64,000 nt of DNA from Octopus vulgaris (taxonomy: Eukaryota): NCBI GenBank assembly GCA_951406725.2, contig OX597820.1, positions 37,324,001 to 37,388,000 on the forward strand, in the 5' to 3' direction. Below the pieces are notes generated by a model. It saw only the letters and a program-made list of their open reading frames with translations, ran no database searches and was not told the DNA's origin. Positions 60,661-64,000 of the stretch are shown in pieces. A program made the translations under genes and the position numbers. Positions within the stretch are counted from its first letter, which is position 1; every line of letters starts with the position of its first letter.

Positions 60661-63471
60661 TATTGGAGACGCTGCCATTGATTGACGTGGAGGCCGAGGG
60701 GGAGACGTTCAAGGCCCTTGTGGATATGGGCTGTACGACCACCATTGTGACTTCGAGGGTGACGAAGGAATGGAACGGGGTGAGTAGTGTCCGGGTGGTT
60801 GACGGCAGCGAAATCCGTTGCAGAGGCAGCAGCAAGGTAGAGATAGTGGTGCGCGGCGCGACGTTAAGGCTGCAGGCAATTGTGGCCGAACGCGTGATAG
60901 ATGGAGTTGATGTGGTGATGGGGATGGACGCCATCAACTGCCTCGGTGGCGTCAGTGTTGTGGGAAATGAGGTCACGTTCGGAAGCGTGGGGGCGTCGTG
61001 CACTGCGAGTCAGAATCGCCAGAGAGAGCAGAGCCCCGCGAGGGACTGCGCCGCTTACACCATCGAGGACAAAGACTTTCAGGCGGCGTTCCGATGGTCA
61101 GCGGTGGACGATAGAGTGGCGATGGAAGGACGAGCCCCCGACGCTGGAAAACAGGGTGAGCTGTTACCAGCATACCCTGAAAGGCCACACCAGGGTCGAG
61201 TTTGAAGACGAGGTGGAGAGGTGGATCGAGGAAGGGGTCCTTGTCCCTTGGAATGAGGAGGTAGCGGGCAGAGTGCTGCCCCTGATGGCGGTGGTGCAGC
61301 CTACGAAGGGAAAAGTCAGACCGGTGCTGGACTTCAGGGAGCTAAACCAGCACATATCGTGTCACACGGGAGGTGAGGCGACAGACGTTTGTGGCGAGGC
61401 GTTACGTAAGTGGAGACAGTCGACCGAGGCAGCGACGATTGTCGACTTGAAATCGACATACTTGCAGCTCCATGTGAGCGACAAACTGTGGCGATATCAG
61501 CTGGTGCGGTACAAGGGCCGGACGTACTGTTTAACCAGGCTGGGTTTCGGGCTGAATTCCGCTCCGAAGATTATGGCCGCAGTGCTTAGGTCCGTCCTAG
61601 GGAAAGACGGCAAGATTAGAAAGGCCACCAGCTCCTACATTGACGACATTTTGGTGGACGAAACTGTAGTGCCAGCCGACGAGGTAGTTAGACATCTGGA
61701 GAAGTTCGGACTGATTGCTAAGCCACCGGAATCGATTGAAGGGGGAGCCGCGCTGGGGCTGAAGCTGCGAAGAGATGGATCGGGTGAATTGGTGTTCCGG
61801 AGAGGAAATGAAATCCCAGAGCTGAGTTCCAGCGTCAGCAGGAGAGAGCTGTTCTCGGTGTGTGGGAAGTTGGTCGGTCACTACCCGATCGCTGGATGGC
61901 TGCGCACGGCGTGTAGTTACACCAAGAGACAAGCAGAAGGGGAGAGTTGGGGCGACAAGGTGGGAGAAGAGACGGTGGCGATGATGCAGGAAATCCTAGA
62001 GAGGACGAGAACGGAAGACCCGGTCAGGGGGAACTAGTACGTGCCCAAGACGGAATGCGGGACCGTCTGGTGTGATGCTAGCAGTATAACGATAGGGGTG
62101 GTGTTGGCAATCGAAGGCGCTGCGGTGGAGGACGCGGCCTGGCTTCGGAAAGCAGATGATTTCAACCACATCAATATCGCCGAATTAGACGCGGTGCTGA
62201 AAGGGGTGAACTTGGCCTTGAAATGGGGGATGCGCACGATTGAAATCCGGACGGATTCGGCCACTGTGCTTAGCTGGGTAGGATCGGTGATCACCGGTGA
62301 AAGGAGAGTGCGGACGAAAGGTACTGCGGAGATGTTAGTGAAGCGCCGTCTAGGAGTTCTAGGTGAATTGATCGCCGAGTTCGGACTGAAGCTGAACGTG
62401 GTTTTCGTGCCTTCGGAGAAAAACAGGGCGGACGTATTGACCAGGGTGAAAAGAGCGTGGTTGGAAGAACCGGAGGAGGCTCGGAAAGGGATAGCTGCGG
62501 CGTGTCGGTTGGATGACTCTGAACTGAAGAAACTGCATGCTATGCATCACCTGGGTGTGGACAGGACCCTGTATCTGGCGAAGAAAATTGATGCTGACGT
62601 CACTAGGAGAAGCATCCGGAAGGTGGTCGGGAGCTGCAACAGGTGTCAGTCCATCGACCCTGCTCCGTGTGAGCATGAACAGGGAAGCCTTTTCGTGGAG
62701 CAGAACTGGAAAAGGCTAGCTGTGGATGTGACACACTACCGTCAGCGAATGTACCTCTCCATGGTCGACTGCGGGCCGGGTCGGCTGGCCATTTGGAGGG
62801 AGTTGAGATCGGGCATTGCTGACGAGATCGCGCAGATCCTGAACGGGATATTTTTAGAGAGAGGGCCCGTGGAAGAACTACTGATGGACAACGGGGCGGC
62901 GTTTCGTTCGGAAGCATTGAGGGTTATGTTTGATCGGTGGAATGTGCGACGCTTGTTCAGAGCAGCGTATAGGCTGAGCGGTAACGGGATCGTGGGGAGG
63001 CACCATCGGACAGTCAAGGCCATAGCGGAAAGAGGGCACATTTCGCCGCTTGAAGCAGTTTTTTGGTACAACTTGTCTCCCCGATCCGGACAAGCTGAGG
63101 AATCTGTGCCGCAGAGAGCTGTGTTCAAATATGAATGGAGGAACCCGAGCAAAGCGCTGGAGGGTCACGAGGAAGTGAAGGGACCCGTTCGCGTGAAAAT
63201 AGGGGAGGAAGTCTGGGTCAAGCCACCAAAGGCGCGCTGTACGTCTCAATGGAGCAGAGGAACGGTGATGGCGGTCAATTCCAGAAACAACGTATCCGTA
63301 GGTGGAATGCCACGACACGTCTTGGACCTTCGCAGGATTGTCGCTTCGACGGACGACGATTCTGGAGAAGTGGAGAACGAGGTGCCCAGCTTGAGAAGAT
63401 CTCGACGAGCAAGGCGCTCTCCCGGTTGGATGGTGGACTACGACATGGAGAGGAGAGATTGTGATCTTTAA
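60600..63471 (+). pseudogene. pol: pol (protease, RT, RNase H, integrase) with a frameshift near 61090 and an in-frame stop at 62035-62037
   Basis: PR ALVDMGC (DTG-like); RT VRPVLDFRELN, VDLKSTYLQ, RLGFGL, YIDD; RH CDAS..HINIAEL..TDS..NRAD; IN H-H-C-C, AVDVT, MDNG, and NGIVGR in which the catalytic E is mutated to G. Confidence 0.9.
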
Positions 63472-63484
63472 GATCAGGGTGGCG

Positions 63485-63761
63485 TGTGGGATGACGTCAG
63501 CAGCTGGGTGCGTTGACCGGAGGCTGGGGCAACCGGAAGGGGCAGCCGTCAGGCGTGCGTAGGCAGCGGTGAATTCGACCTTTCCAACGTGGGTCGTCCA
63601 GGTGTCAAGACGTGTGAGGACGTCGCTAAGGTTTGGGTGAGCAGCTGCTATCTTTAGTGTTCATGTCGGGGCTGTGTCGAAGGATTAGTTACCACTGAAG
63701 GGTCTCCATCACGAGGAAGAGAAGGTAGGTGCCTTTATATTCGAATCGCGCACACACCACA
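63485..63761 (+). repeat. 3' LTR (277 bp)
   Basis: TG...CA direct repeat of the 5' LTR, followed by TSD CTCGA. Confidence 0.95.
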
Positions 63762-64000
63762 CTCGACTTCCACTTAAACCGGAAACTTCCAGAATGTGAC
63801 CGCCAGGGTTCACTACAAGTTTATAACAGAACGAAAGTTTTGTATTTATCAGTGTTTATCAGACAGTGATGCGCTTTTATATGGACATCACTGCATATGT
63901 ATGTGTGTGTGTGTGGATATAGTATGGTGGTCTTCAATCAGAAATATGGATGTCACAAGGAATACTAGAGTAAAAATATTGATTTATTATTAATAACAAT

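Larger units (their letters stand above)
59547..63761 (+). mobile_element. Full-length compact (4215 bp) Ty3/Gypsy-type LTR retrotransposon, mildly decayed
   Basis: TG..CA LTRs at 59547-59837 and 63485-63761; 5-bp TSD CCCGA/CTCGA; domain order gag-PR-RT-RH-IN; PPT-like AAGATCAGGGTGGCG before the 3' LTR. Confidence 0.95.
59281..63818. repeat. ~300-bp palindromic element whose right arm is interrupted by the LTR retrotransposon
   Basis: 59314-59425 pairs with 59428-59538 (centre ctcgtg ct cacgag). The outer left part tagtgaaacctggcggtcacattctggaag.ttccggtt pairs with 63777-63817 beyond the 3' LTR. Confidence 0.8.

Overview
AT-rich, repeat-dense animal genomic DNA. The SINE/LINE families and zinc-finger style suggest a cephalopod (Octopus-like); this is inference, not a database result. 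The window holds five single-coding-exon C2H2 zinc-finger genes with no recognisable effector domain (3989-5593 -, 14113-15276 +, 23898-25463 -, 39671-41056 +, 52340-52945 -). They sit among decayed transposons: Penelope-like, RTE and R4/Dong-like LINEs, tRNA-derived SINEs, two mariners, a Buster/Charlie hAT, Helitrons, a Merlin transposase and MITEs. A compact full-length Ty3/Gypsy-type LTR element lies at 59547-63761. Main observations: (1) this LTR element has no TGG primer-binding site; the 12 nt abutting its 5' LTR are the exact reverse complement of the 5' end (nt 1-12) of metazoan tRNA-Phe, suggesting priming by a very short 5' tRNA fragment; (2) at least six type I hammerhead ribozyme motifs with palindromic minimal stem III, one with an intact core inside a 537-bp partial tandem repeat; (3) several unrelated retroelement families occur as tail-out inverted pairs; (4) three ZNF proteins share a short N-terminal MENE...IDFP motif.
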